Source of the DNA: Candidatus Latescibacterota bacterium
GTDB lineage: Bacteria; Latescibacterota; UBA2968; UBA8231
Assembly: GCA_965197905.1 (NCBI GenBank)
Contig: CBDAOB010000005.1
Span: 384,001-448,000 of the forward strand
Direction of reading: 5' to 3'
Length of the DNA stretch: 64,000 bases
Shown: piece after piece, positions 21,709 to 31,486 of the stretch
Layout: each line of letters starts with the position of its first letter
Numbering within the stretch: position 1 is the stretch's first letter
Notes under the pieces: generated by a model
The model's input: the letters and a program-made list of their open reading frames with translations, nothing else
Database searches by the model: none
What the model was told of the DNA's origin: nothing
Position numbers and translations under genes: made by a program

Positions 21709-21832
21709 CTCGGGCCTTCACCATCCACGGATCATCACGCGTACCATTAAACTGACGCGCCATGGGCGTGGCGTGACCGCAATCGCTCAACGCAGCAGTC
21801 GAGCGAGATCGGCCCGGTCTCTCCACTTATGG

Positions 21833-22669
21833 CTAGGTGATGTGTTTCTTGTAGTCGGCCAGCAGGGCAGCAGCGCCGGCGCGGATAAAGCCGGTCTCCG
21901 ACGCTGCCTCGAAGAACGTAGCACCTTTTTTGACCCACTCGCCCGCCGCCTCGCCATCAGCAGGGGTCGTGCCGAAGGCAACGCCGTACTTCTTGCACAG
22001 CTCGAGCACATTCTCCATTGGGCCGCGAACCTCAGGATGGTTGTAGTCGCCCGGGTGTCCTAGCTCTATGGATGAGTCGCCCGGACCGGCGTAAACCATG
22101 TCCACTCCGGGAACGCTGATCACTTCTTCCGCATTCTCGTACCCCAAAACGGATTCGATGTGAACGACAACAGTCGTTTCCTGGTCCTGCTCATCCATCC
22201 AGCTTTGCCAGTCGGTGACCCCTCTATAGTCGCTGTTACCCCATCCGGGAGCGACCGCTCGCGTTCCCTGTGGCGGAAATTTCAGGTAGCTCACCAGCGT
22301 CTCGACCTGTTGGCGTGTCTCTGTGCGTGGCAATTGAATGCCAACGACGCCTGCTTCGAGTAGCTTCGCAACTTCCATGCGTTCGAGCTGCGGGGTTTTG
22401 GCGATCACCGGCAGACCGTTGTCGCGAGCGGAGAGAATGGTGTCGGCCAGGTCAGCGAGACCGAAGAAGGTATGCTCGTACTCGATGTAGATAAAATCGA
22501 AACCGGCATGCTGGAACAGCTTGACCAGGGACGGTCGGGCGTACTCGCCGAGCATTGGACCGATCAGCAGATCGCCCTTTTGCAGTCGTGCCTTGAGATG
22601 TCGGCCTGGACCGCCTTCGGGATACCAGGGATTATCGACTCCGAAGCTCGCGTTTTGACGTTGCGGCAT
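21833..22669 (-). CDS. HpcH/HpaI aldolase family protein
   Basis: GFDFIYIEYEH, YLKFPPQGTR, HIES and PGVDMVYAGPGD. Start set at ATG 22669 after GGAG. Confidence 0.88.
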   Translation of the reverse strand: MPQRQNASFGVDNPWYPEGGPGRHLKARLQKGDLLIGPMLGEYARPSLVKLFQHAGFDFIYIEYEHTFFGLADLADTILSARDNGLPVIAKTPQLERMEVAKLLEAGVVGIQLPRTETRQQVETLVSYLKFPPQGTRAVAPGWGNSDYRGVTDWQSWMDEQDQETTVVVHIESVLGYENAEEVISVPGVDMVYAGPGDSSIELGHPGDYNHPEVRGPMENVLELCKKYGVAFGTTPADGEAAGEWVKKGATFFEAASETGFIRAGAAALLADYKKHIT

Positions 22670-22740
22670 TTGTGCTTCTCCCCCTTCTATGTATTTTGGC
22701 GGTTGTGCTCGAACAGCTCTCGCCCAGGACGACACCAGCG

Positions 22741-23931
22741 ATGAATCAAGAAGATACGATAGGCGGGTTACGGGGCCAGGTGAAGGTCACCGAAGTCAAG
22801 GTCTTTGAAGTGGGTCTGTTTACCTACGTCAAGGTCCATACTGACACTGGCGTGACGGGCAGCGGCGAGATGCACCCGGCCAGCAACACGGCCGGCAACC
22901 GCTTGGTGACGACGCCGGCGCTGCAATATTGCGCTGAATATCTTGTAGGTAAAGACCCGACCGAAATCGAGCGCCACTGGCAGCATCTGTTTAGGCGCAG
23001 CCTGTTCCGCGGCGGTGCCGACTCGATGGCGGCCATCGCTGCTATCGACATGGCCCTCTGGGATATCGCCGGCAAGCTGGTGGGACTGCCGACCTACAAG
23101 CTGCTCGGGGGCCCGACGCGGGAGAAGGTGCGGCTATTCGCAGCGCTCGGCGGTGGGGCATCGCCCGAGGCGCTGGCGGAGCAGGCGGTAGAAAAGGTAG
23201 AACAGGGATTTACCGCCGTCCGCTTCAATCCGTTCAGAGGCAACCCGCAGGCTTTCGCCGATATGGGCTTCAACCAGATCGTGCGCTGTGCGGAACGATT
23301 TGTGGGGGCTGCCCGCAAGGCCGTCGGAGACGAGATCGACTTGAGTATCGACGTCATCGGTGTGCTGTCGCCCGCCGAAGCTATTGCCGTAGGGCAGGCA
23401 TTGGTGTCCTACGGGCTACACTTCTTCGAGGACCCGATCGAGCCGGACAACATCGACGCCATGGCGCAGGTGGCGGCCGCCCTGCCGATGCCGGTGGCGA
23501 CCGGGGAGCGTCACTGTACCATCCACCAGTTCCGCGATTTGCTCAACAAGCAGGCGGCGAAATTTTTGCGACCCGATCCCGCGCTGGCGGGGGGTCTGAC
23601 CAACTGCAAGAAGATTGCTGCTTTGGCCGAAGCAGACTACGTTCAGCTGATGCCGCACAATCCGTTGAGCTGCGTACTGACCGCCGCCTGCGTGCAGCTG
23701 GATGTCTCTATCCACAACTTCGCCATCCAGGAATATCAAACCCATGAGTTGGAAGCACCCAGACGTGACCTGGTGCAGGAGCCGCTCGAACTGCGCGACG
23801 GTTATCTTATAGTTCCCGACAAGCCCGGTCTCGGTATCGAACTCAACGAAGAAGCGTTTAAGCATTACCCACCGATTTCTCGCGACCGTCAGCCCATCAT
23901 TGGCCACGACGGGGCGCTGCGAGACTATTGA
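22741..23931 (+). CDS. Mandelate racemase/muconate lactonizing enzyme family (galactonate dehydratase-like)
   Basis: IDMALWDIAGK...YKLLGG, FFEDP, PVATGER, PHNP and PDKPGLGIE. Confidence 0.9.
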   Translation: MNQEDTIGGLRGQVKVTEVKVFEVGLFTYVKVHTDTGVTGSGEMHPASNTAGNRLVTTPALQYCAEYLVGKDPTEIERHWQHLFRRSLFRGGADSMAAIAAIDMALWDIAGKLVGLPTYKLLGGPTREKVRLFAALGGGASPEALAEQAVEKVEQGFTAVRFNPFRGNPQAFADMGFNQIVRCAERFVGAARKAVGDEIDLSIDVIGVLSPAEAIAVGQALVSYGLHFFEDPIEPDNIDAMAQVAAALPMPVATGERHCTIHQFRDLLNKQAAKFLRPDPALAGGLTNCKKIAALAEADYVQLMPHNPLSCVLTAACVQLDVSIHNFAIQEYQTHELEAPRRDLVQEPLELRDGYLIVPDKPGLGIELNEEAFKHYPPISRDRQPIIGHDGALRDY

Positions 23932-23947
23932 TCATTAGGAGCGAAGC

Positions 23948-24679
23948 ATGTCCCAAACGAAAACCCTCAGGCAGCGCATGAAAGAAGGTGACGTGCTGGT
24001 CGCCCTGCGCGGCTCATTGTCGACGACGAAGAGCCAGTTGGAAGATATATGGTCAACAGGCAGGTATGACTATGTCTGGATCGATGGTCAGCATACCCCT
24101 TTCACCGAGAAGCAGCTGGTCGACTACTGCGTTGCGGCCGAAGAGTTGGACATCGACGTGCAACTGCGCATCCCCCACACGAGGCATGCCTACCTGGTTG
24201 GGCGTTTTCTGGACTTCGGACCCACTGCGGTTCTGGTCCCCGAAGTCATGGAACCCGAAACCGTGGATGACGCCATAGATTATGCCTACTACGGGCCCAT
24301 TGGACGACGCAGCTGGGGCGGAGCTTTTCGCCGAGGGTTGAGTAGCATAGGTGCGGATCGGCTCACCTATGCGACATGGTGGAATGAGTATGTCGTTCTG
24401 GGCATTCAGCTGGAATCTGTCGAGGCGGTAACCAACATTCGAAAACTGGCCAAACCAGGGGTGAGTGTCGTCACCTTCGGACCCAACGATCTCTCTTTCA
24501 ACATTGACGATCACCCGGGATATCCGTTGCAGAACGTCGACGATTGCATGCGAAATGTAGCTGCCCAACTCGCAGGTACCGACATTCGGCTGGCCATGGG
24601 TACGGCAACCAAACCTGAAGAACGCGACAGGTATCTGGAGATGGGGATTACCCTCTTTCAGGAAGAACCGCCAGCATAG
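23948..24679 (+). CDS. HpcH/HpaI aldolase family protein
   Basis: WIDGQH, YYGPIGRRSWG, IQLESVEAV and FGPNDLS. Confidence 0.88.
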   Translation: MSQTKTLRQRMKEGDVLVALRGSLSTTKSQLEDIWSTGRYDYVWIDGQHTPFTEKQLVDYCVAAEELDIDVQLRIPHTRHAYLVGRFLDFGPTAVLVPEVMEPETVDDAIDYAYYGPIGRRSWGGAFRRGLSSIGADRLTYATWWNEYVVLGIQLESVEAVTNIRKLAKPGVSVVTFGPNDLSFNIDDHPGYPLQNVDDCMRNVAAQLAGTDIRLAMGTATKPEERDRYLEMGITLFQEEPPA

Positions 24680-24747
24680 TCAACCATCGCGCCGCCGAGC
24701 ACGTCCACCAGCTTCCTTTGCAATTGGCAGCAACACCCGGTCTAAAC

Positions 24748-24777
24748 TTGACAGCTGGTACGGGACGCGTCTAGCTT
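24748..24777 (+). promoter_or_regulatory. Candidate sigma-70 promoter for the epimerase / MetE-like / PhyH-HEAT / DUF2961 run
   Basis: TTGACA (24748-24753), 18-nt spacer, TAGCTT (24772-24777), about 75 bp before ATG 24851. Confidence 0.55.
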
Positions 24778-24850
24778 CAACGGTCACGTCACGGTTCTTT
24801 CACTCGCCCGCTTGATGCTGAGCGGCGTTGCAGCTTGCGCCTCATAGGCT

Positions 24851-25852
24851 ATGCCTGACAGAGTCTTGGTCACTGGAGGAAGCGGATTCATCGGTCGCCG
24901 GGTGTGCCGCAATTTGCTCGAACGGGATGTCCCCGTTCTCATCCTTGATTCACAGCCCCAGCAGACAGTCGTAGACCAGCTGCGTCGGATTCGATCCGGC
25001 TTGCCGGAGGATCGCCTCACGCTCGTGGAAACCGACATCACCGACCTCGAACAGATCGAGTCGGCCCTTCAGCAAAACCGCGATGTCACGCGGGTCATCC
25101 ATCTCGCCTCCCTGCTGACAGCAGGGGTGGAAGAGCATCTGGTTATGGCTGCTCGCGTCAACATCGTGGGTACGGTGAATATTCTCGACGCCTCGGTCCG
25201 CTGCGGGATAGAGAGAGTAGTGCAGGCCAGCAGCGAAGCGGTTTACGGCAACGGCCAGGCTCGTTACGGACAAAGGCCGGTGCGAGAAGAGGACTTCTGT
25301 GGTCCTCTCGACCACCACTTCGCATACGGAGCCATGAAGCTGCTCGCCGAATTCATGGGTAGCAAATATGCCTCCATCCACGACCTGAGCGTCGCCTGCC
25401 TGCGGCCTTCGATCGTTTTCGGTTTTGGTCGAGGTGGCGGTGGTCAGTCCTGGGCCGAAGTCTTCGCTACAAATCCAGCCGTCGGCAAGCCGGCGCACCT
25501 GCCTTTTCCTGCTGACAACCGCGAAAACTGGATCTACGTCGACGATTGCGCCGAGCAACTGGTCCGCTTGGCGCTGAAGCCCGATCTCAAGCACTACGTC
25601 TACAACAGTGGCGGCGAGACGGCGACCGCTGCCGAGCTCGTCGAGCAGGTCAGACGGCACTTGCCCGATGCCGAGATTACTGTCGATGAGACCAAGCCTT
25701 ACACCCCGCTCATCGATGATATGGATGGAAGTCGCCTTCAACAGGAGATCGACTTTCACCCACGGTCCTTGTCGGCGGGTTTGCTCGCCCACATCGACGA
25801 AGCTCGTCAAGCCGCCGGCCTGGCGCCGATTTCACAGGGCCGGGGGCCATAA
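24851..25852 (+). CDS. NAD-dependent epimerase/dehydratase (extended SDR)
   Basis: VTGGSGFIG, IHLA, ASSEAVYG, YGAMK (YxxxK) and WIYVDD. Confidence 0.92.
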   Translation: MPDRVLVTGGSGFIGRRVCRNLLERDVPVLILDSQPQQTVVDQLRRIRSGLPEDRLTLVETDITDLEQIESALQQNRDVTRVIHLASLLTAGVEEHLVMAARVNIVGTVNILDASVRCGIERVVQASSEAVYGNGQARYGQRPVREEDFCGPLDHHFAYGAMKLLAEFMGSKYASIHDLSVACLRPSIVFGFGRGGGGQSWAEVFATNPAVGKPAHLPFPADNRENWIYVDDCAEQLVRLALKPDLKHYVYNSGGETATAAELVEQVRRHLPDAEITVDETKPYTPLIDDMDGSRLQQEIDFHPRSLSAGLLAHIDEARQAAGLAPISQGRGP

Positions 25853-25871
25853 CAGAGGAAACAGCACCATC

Positions 25872-26870
25872 ATGACAGACTATCGCGCCACCGTCGTCGG
25901 CAGCTATCCGCGCAACATCCCCGTCGAAGACACACTGAAGAAAGAAACCATCTCCGACGACGAAGCTCTGGAGATGATCCGTTGGGCGGTCGAGGACCAG
26001 GTCTCTCTCGGCCTCGAAATCGTCGGTGACGGCGAGGGCTATCGCGAGAACATGTACTGGTTCTACCAGAAACGCATGGATGGCATCACCATGGAGGACA
26101 TGGCCTACAAGAGTTTTGGTGATGCCGGCTTTGGGATCGAGTGCGCTCGTCTCGTCGGCGAGCTTGGAGAGACGCGGTGGCAGCTGGCCAGCAAGTGGAA
26201 GACGGCGAGGGAGGCGGCTCCGGCCGACGTCCAGGTGAAGCAGACGGTGACCGGCCCCCATATGCTCTCCCGGTTTACCGCCAACGAGCGGCCCGACCTC
26301 TATGAAGACGAAATCGCCGTCGCCCGGGCTTATGTCGATGTCTTGGTCCGCGAACTACGCGAGCTCATCGAGGCCGGCTGCGACTACATCCAATTCGACG
26401 AGCCGGTCCTGACGTTGTCACCGGACGAGGCGGTGTGGGCAGCGGACGTGCTCAACGAGCTCATCGACAAGCTACCCTCTCACGTGCGCATCGGGATGCA
26501 CATATGCGGCGGCAACCCTCACCGAAAGAGAGTCTACTTCGGCAAATACACCGATATGACCGAGGGCTTGAAGAAGCTGAAGATCGACGAGATCTCTCTT
26601 GAACACTGCACTCTGCACTACAACCTGATGGATTTATGGCCCCTGTGGGACTTCAAAGGGGATCTAATGCTCGGCGTCATCGATCAGCGCAGCGATGAGA
26701 TCGAGACGCCAGAGGTCATCTGGGAACGGACGAAGCCGGCGCTGGAGCATTTCAGCCCTGACCGCCTGCTGCTGAGCAGCGAGTGCGGCTGCGGTCACGT
26801 GCCCCTTGATATCACCAGAGCAAAGATGAGGGTGCTGTCGGAGGCGTGCAGACAGTTTCGTGAGAGCTGA
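25872..26870 (+). CDS. Cobalamin-independent methionine synthase II (MetE C-terminal/UROD-like) family Zn enzyme
   Basis: VVGSYPR, DGE, TGP, IQFDEP, HICGGN (HxC), LE, LGVID and SECG. Start at ATG 25872. Confidence 0.88.
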   Translation: MTDYRATVVGSYPRNIPVEDTLKKETISDDEALEMIRWAVEDQVSLGLEIVGDGEGYRENMYWFYQKRMDGITMEDMAYKSFGDAGFGIECARLVGELGETRWQLASKWKTAREAAPADVQVKQTVTGPHMLSRFTANERPDLYEDEIAVARAYVDVLVRELRELIEAGCDYIQFDEPVLTLSPDEAVWAADVLNELIDKLPSHVRIGMHICGGNPHRKRVYFGKYTDMTEGLKKLKIDEISLEHCTLHYNLMDLWPLWDFKGDLMLGVIDQRSDEIETPEVIWERTKPALEHFSPDRLLLSSECGCGHVPLDITRAKMRVLSEACRQFRES

Positions 26871-28505
26871 ATGAAAATGGCCGAACCGATTCTCCTGGAT
26901 GACGAGCAGGTGCGGGAGTATATCGCCAATGGCTACGTCAAAGTCGAACTGTCCGTGCCAGCAGAAATCCACGTGGCGATCGCTCGCAAGCTTGACTTGA
27001 TGCTCGAGCGGGGCCCCAATCTCGGCAACAACCTGCTCCCTCACGCTCCCGAGTTTCGACATGTCCTCAACGCGCCGGAGGTGCGTGGTGCGCTGACCAG
27101 CCTGCTGGGTGAGGACTATATCGAACATCCGCATCGCTATTGTCACACTTCTGGGCCTGCCGACGAACTGCCCGAGGACATGGTCGCGGCGGTGGGCAAG
27201 AAATGCCATCAGGATTCATACACCCCTCTGTCGCAACCTCGTCAGCACTATCCTCGCTATGCGCGCATAATCTACTATCCACGGGACACGCCGCTGGCGC
27301 ACGGTCCCACGCACGTTACCCCGGGGACGCATTTCCAAAAGGTCGTCACCGACCAAGACCGGGCTACCACCGTTCCCATGGAAGGAGCAGCTGGCTCTCT
27401 GTGGATCACCCATTTCGACATCATTCATGGTGCTGGCATCAATCTGTCCGATGTCCAACGGCACATGATCAAGTTCATATACAAACAACGCCGGTCGCCG
27501 ACTTCGCCCTCGTGGGACAGCAGAAGTCTCCGTTGGAAAAATCCTAAGGGCCTCCAGGTTCCGTGGGATCTCGAGGTGGTATGGTCGCATATTTGGGATT
27601 GGATGTGTGGCCAAGACAACCGGTACGAGAGTTTCCAGGCGGCGAATCGCGTGGACGCCAATGGCAGCGAGGAAGACCACCTTGCAGGGTTGGGTTCCGA
27701 TGCGTCGCTCGACGATACGCTTGCCGCGATACGGCAGCTGGCCGCTTCCGGCCGGCAGGCGGAGAACGCGGTTCCCGCGCTGATCGGGCTGCTCAACAAC
27801 GGCCATCAGGTTGTGCGCACAGCAGTTACCTACGCACTGGGTGCCATTGGCGAGCCGGCCGTGGAGAGCCTGGTGACAAGACTGAAAGAAGCGGATGGAG
27901 CCGGTTGGCAGGAGGGATCACCTGCGAGTTGGAGCGAAAGCGCGATCCGACTGATGGACGAAGCCCACGCCCTGGGCGCGATTGGATCCCCCGCGGTTGC
28001 TTCCCTCGTCGGCCTGCTGGAATCCTGTAAAGAGTGGGGACGTATCAACGCCGCGTTCGCCCTAGGCGAGATGGACGCCCGGGCTGCGGAGGCCGTACCC
28101 GCGCTGGTCCGGTGCCTTGACGATGGTTCTCATCGGGTTGTGCGCACTGTGCTTGATGCCCTTGGGGCCATAGGCGGCGACGGGGATGAGTTAACTTCCC
28201 GCATCGGCCGTTTCTTGGTGGAGAGCCGCCCAGAATGGGACCAGCCGCTCCCCGAGAGACCGAACTGGCTCCCACGCGATCAAGTGCGCGCGAATGCTTC
28301 CACTGCCCTGGCACGGCTGGGAGGCGGCGTTTCCGTCGTCGAAAATGAGCTCATCCAAGCCTTGGACGATCCGTGCGGATATGTCGGGCTGCTCGCTACC
28401 GATGCCCTGCAGCACATGGAATCCTCGACCGCGCAACAGGCGGTTTCGGATCTGGTAATGGCGCAGCGGTGGGACCCATCGCTCGGCGAAGGCCGACGCT
28501 ACTAA
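26871..28505 (+). CDS. PhyH-family dioxygenase fused to HEAT/PBS-lyase repeats
   Basis: YIANGYV, CHQD, GPTHVTPGTH and FDIIH in the N-terminal half; repeats AVPALIGLL...VR..VTYALGAIG, RINAAFALGEM and AVPALVRCLDD..VVR in the C-terminal half. Confidence 0.88.
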   Translation: MKMAEPILLDDEQVREYIANGYVKVELSVPAEIHVAIARKLDLMLERGPNLGNNLLPHAPEFRHVLNAPEVRGALTSLLGEDYIEHPHRYCHTSGPADELPEDMVAAVGKKCHQDSYTPLSQPRQHYPRYARIIYYPRDTPLAHGPTHVTPGTHFQKVVTDQDRATTVPMEGAAGSLWITHFDIIHGAGINLSDVQRHMIKFIYKQRRSPTSPSWDSRSLRWKNPKGLQVPWDLEVVWSHIWDWMCGQDNRYESFQAANRVDANGSEEDHLAGLGSDASLDDTLAAIRQLAASGRQAENAVPALIGLLNNGHQVVRTAVTYALGAIGEPAVESLVTRLKEADGAGWQEGSPASWSESAIRLMDEAHALGAIGSPAVASLVGLLESCKEWGRINAAFALGEMDARAAEAVPALVRCLDDGSHRVVRTVLDALGAIGGDGDELTSRIGRFLVESRPEWDQPLPERPNWLPRDQVRANASTALARLGGGVSVVENELIQALDDPCGYVGLLATDALQHMESSTAQQAVSDLVMAQRWDPSLGEGRRY

Positions 28506-28533
28506 GGAATTAACGGGAAAATCTACGAGCAAA

Positions 28534-29664
28534 ATGATCAAGGAATTATCAGTGCTGAGCAACGGTAGAGCCGGACGGTTTTCATCTTGGGACACCACTG
28601 GAAGGAATGAGGATGCGTGGACCATGGAAGCGGGTGAATCCAGAATCCTAGCGGATATCGACGGCCCGGGGGCCATCACACACATCTGGATGACCCAGGC
28701 AAACCATTATCGTGAGTGCCTTCTCAAGATCACCTGGGATAATGCGAAGAAACCAAGCATCTCCGTCCCTCTTGGCGATTTCTTCTGCCTGGGGCATGGT
28801 ATCGTCAACAGTTTTCAATCGTTGTTGTTCACCGCCTCAACGACGTGGAACAACCAGTTCAACCATGGCTGCGCGCTCAACTGCTACGCCCACATGCCGT
28901 TCAGCGAGCGTGCTGTAGTCGAGCTTGTCAACGAGAGCAGTGAATCTCACCGGCAGTATTTTTACATCGACTACGAGACGTTTGAGGAGGCCGCGGCCGA
29001 TGCCGGCTATTTTCACGCAGAGTTTCGTAGAGCCAATCCGTTCGGTGGCTGGGGCCACGAAGTACCGGTTAACAGCCCTGAGGCGAACATTGCCAACAAA
29101 GGCCGGCTAGCCTGGGAAAACAACTACGTCATCGCGCAAACCAAGGGCAGGGGCCACTACGTGGGGTGCAACTTGTCGGTCACCAACTTCCAGGGCACCT
29201 GGTGGGGAGAAGGTGACGACATGATCTGGGTGGATGGATACAAATGGCCTCCGGACCTGCACGGTACTGGAAGCGAGGACTATCTGAATCAGGCCTGGGG
29301 CATGCAGCCAAACGCTTTTTTGCGCAATGGCTCCTCCATCCATGAGAAGAACACCGACGGATACCAGACCAGCTACGTGCTGCACATCGAGAATCCGGTT
29401 CGATTTGAAAAAGAGATTAAGGTCACTATTGAACACGGTCACGGCAACCATCTGGCCAACGAAATGTCTTCGGTGGCATACTGGTACGCAGGTCGGCCTA
29501 CGTCGGTAGCGACTCCACCGCCCGTTGTGAAGCGGCTTCCCATACTGCGGGATAATCAAGGGTCGTGGTTGAATGACAAGAAGCGGCAATGCCCCGGGGC
29601 CGTGATCCAACCCAATGCGGAGATGAAGAAGATGAAGGACCGTTGGACGAAAAAGCATGGATAA
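28534..29664 (+). CDS. DUF2961 / glycoside hydrolase family 172-like protein
   Basis: GPGAITHIWMT, VPLGDFF, NCYAHMPF, YFHAEFRR, WWGEGDD, GTGSEDY and IEHGHGN. Confidence 0.9.
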   Translation: MIKELSVLSNGRAGRFSSWDTTGRNEDAWTMEAGESRILADIDGPGAITHIWMTQANHYRECLLKITWDNAKKPSISVPLGDFFCLGHGIVNSFQSLLFTASTTWNNQFNHGCALNCYAHMPFSERAVVELVNESSESHRQYFYIDYETFEEAAADAGYFHAEFRRANPFGGWGHEVPVNSPEANIANKGRLAWENNYVIAQTKGRGHYVGCNLSVTNFQGTWWGEGDDMIWVDGYKWPPDLHGTGSEDYLNQAWGMQPNAFLRNGSSIHEKNTDGYQTSYVLHIENPVRFEKEIKVTIEHGHGNHLANEMSSVAYWYAGRPTSVATPPPVVKRLPILRDNQGSWLNDKKRQCPGAVIQPNAEMKKMKDRWTKKHG

Positions 29665-29744
29665 CGACCGGGGCCGAACCACCACCGAGTACTATTTCAT
29701 CGCCTTTCACCGAGCCGCTCACTAGCAACGCGAGACCAGGACCA

Positions 29745-30632
29745 ATGACCCGTACGCCCAAACTGCTCGTCGACAACATCTACTTTCCCGAGGCACCTCG
29801 CTGGCGGGTTGGCGCCGACGGCGTCGGCAAATTGTGGTACTCGGACGTGCTCGTCGGCGAGGTGGTGGCAGTCGACCTGCACGGCAATATCGAGAAGATC
29901 GCCTCTGTGCCCGAACTGCCCTCCGGTCTGGGGTGGCGGCCGGACGGGACGCTGATCGTCGTGTCCCTTGGAGATGGCAAGCTGATGGCGGTGAGCGAGG
30001 ATGGTGGGCTCTGCGCGGCTGGTGACATGAAATCGCTGGACGGGCTCAACTGCAACGACATGGTCGTCGACGCCCAGGGGCGCGCCTACATTGGCTCGTT
30101 CCAGCTTTTCGACGAGATGCGCCATCCAGGGCCCGGGAACATGCCCGCGTTCAGCCATATCATCCGGGTCGATCCGGATGGCTCGGCACGTATCGTGGCG
30201 GATCGCATGACCTTTCCCAACGGGGCGGTCATTAGCCCCGACAGCAAGACCTACATGGTCGCCGAGACTTTCGCCAACCGGCTGAGCGCGTTCGACATCG
30301 AGGCGGACGGTTCCCTTACGAACCGGCGGGTGTGGGCTGATATCGGCGCTCCCCCGGACGGCATAACCCTGGACGTCGAAGGTTGCCTGTGGGTGGCGGT
30401 ACCGTACTACATCTACGGCGGACCCGGAGGTTCCGTGCGTGTGCGTGAGGGGGGCGAGATCGTCGACCGCATCGACATGGATGGCGTCTCCTCGTACGCA
30501 TGCACGCTAGGCGGGCGCGATATGACCACGCTGTTCCTGTGTCAGTCGACTCTGCTCGGTGCCGAGCGTCATCCCGGCGACGGTCGCATCATGACCGTCG
30601 AGGTCGACGTGCCGGGGACGGGGTCACCGTAG
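29745..30632 (+). CDS. SMP-30/gluconolactonase/LRE family protein
   Basis: FPEAPRW, PSGLGW.PDG, NDMVVD, FPNG and PDGITLD. Start at ATG 29745. Confidence 0.9.
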   Translation: MTRTPKLLVDNIYFPEAPRWRVGADGVGKLWYSDVLVGEVVAVDLHGNIEKIASVPELPSGLGWRPDGTLIVVSLGDGKLMAVSEDGGLCAAGDMKSLDGLNCNDMVVDAQGRAYIGSFQLFDEMRHPGPGNMPAFSHIIRVDPDGSARIVADRMTFPNGAVISPDSKTYMVAETFANRLSAFDIEADGSLTNRRVWADIGAPPDGITLDVEGCLWVAVPYYIYGGPGGSVRVREGGEIVDRIDMDGVSSYACTLGGRDMTTLFLCQSTLLGAERHPGDGRIMTVEVDVPGTGSP

Positions 30633-30675
30633 CAGCCACACACCGATCCGTCGTATCATTCTGGAGGACTAAAAC

Positions 30676-31482
30676 ATGAAAATTCTGACCCGACTCATCG
30701 TCGCGACTTCGTTCGCGAATCTGCTCGTAGTCTGCCTTGCTACGACCGCCGACGGCGATACAAAGCCTACTAAGGTTCACGAAGCGGCGGCAAAGAAGCC
30801 TGACGAGGGCAAACAGACGCTCGACTCGACACCCTTCAACGCCGTCCTCACGAAACACCTGAAACAGGGACGCATCGATTACAATACACTTCACGCCGAT
30901 CAGGCAGCTAAGGCGCAACTGCAGGCCTACGCCGACGCCATCGCCCGAATGCCGGAGTCCGAACCGCTCTCGTCTTGGATCAACGCTTACAATGTCCTGG
31001 TCATCCACGCCGTCCTGGAGCGGTATCCGTTGAAGAGCGTTAAGGATGCGGAGGGGGGCGATTTCCGGTTTTTCCGAGAGATCCGTTACACCGTCGCCGG
31101 CAAGGAGCGTTCCCTCGATGACATCGAGAACGGGGTCATCCGTCCGCGCTTCGAGGACGCGCGCATCCACGTAGCGCTGAACTGCGGCGCTTTGTCTTGT
31201 CCACCTCTGGCGCCACAGGCGTTCGAAGCGTCCACCCTAGATGCTGAACTCGACCGACTTGCCACGGTGACGGTCAACGATGGCCACCATGTTTACCTGA
31301 AAGACGGCAAGCTCGTCGTCAACGAAATCTTCAAGTGGTTTGAGCCGGACTTTACCCGCGACGAGGGCTCCCTGCTGAAGTGGATCCAGGCCTACTCCGA
31401 CAATCCCGCAATTGACGGGTTGTCCCCCGAAGTCGTCGTCGAAGTATACCCGTACGACTGGGCCCTGTCGGCCGAACACTAG
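30676..31482 (+). CDS. Exported DUF547 domain protein
   Basis: Signal peptide; WINAYN, SLDDIEN..IR, DARIHVALNCGALSCP, IFKWF..DF and YDWAL. Confidence 0.9.
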   Translation: MKILTRLIVATSFANLLVVCLATTADGDTKPTKVHEAAAKKPDEGKQTLDSTPFNAVLTKHLKQGRIDYNTLHADQAAKAQLQAYADAIARMPESEPLSSWINAYNVLVIHAVLERYPLKSVKDAEGGDFRFFREIRYTVAGKERSLDDIENGVIRPRFEDARIHVALNCGALSCPPLAPQAFEASTLDAELDRLATVTVNDGHHVYLKDGKLVVNEIFKWFEPDFTRDEGSLLKWIQAYSDNPAIDGLSPEVVVEVYPYDWALSAEH

Positions 31483-31486
31483 AGGC

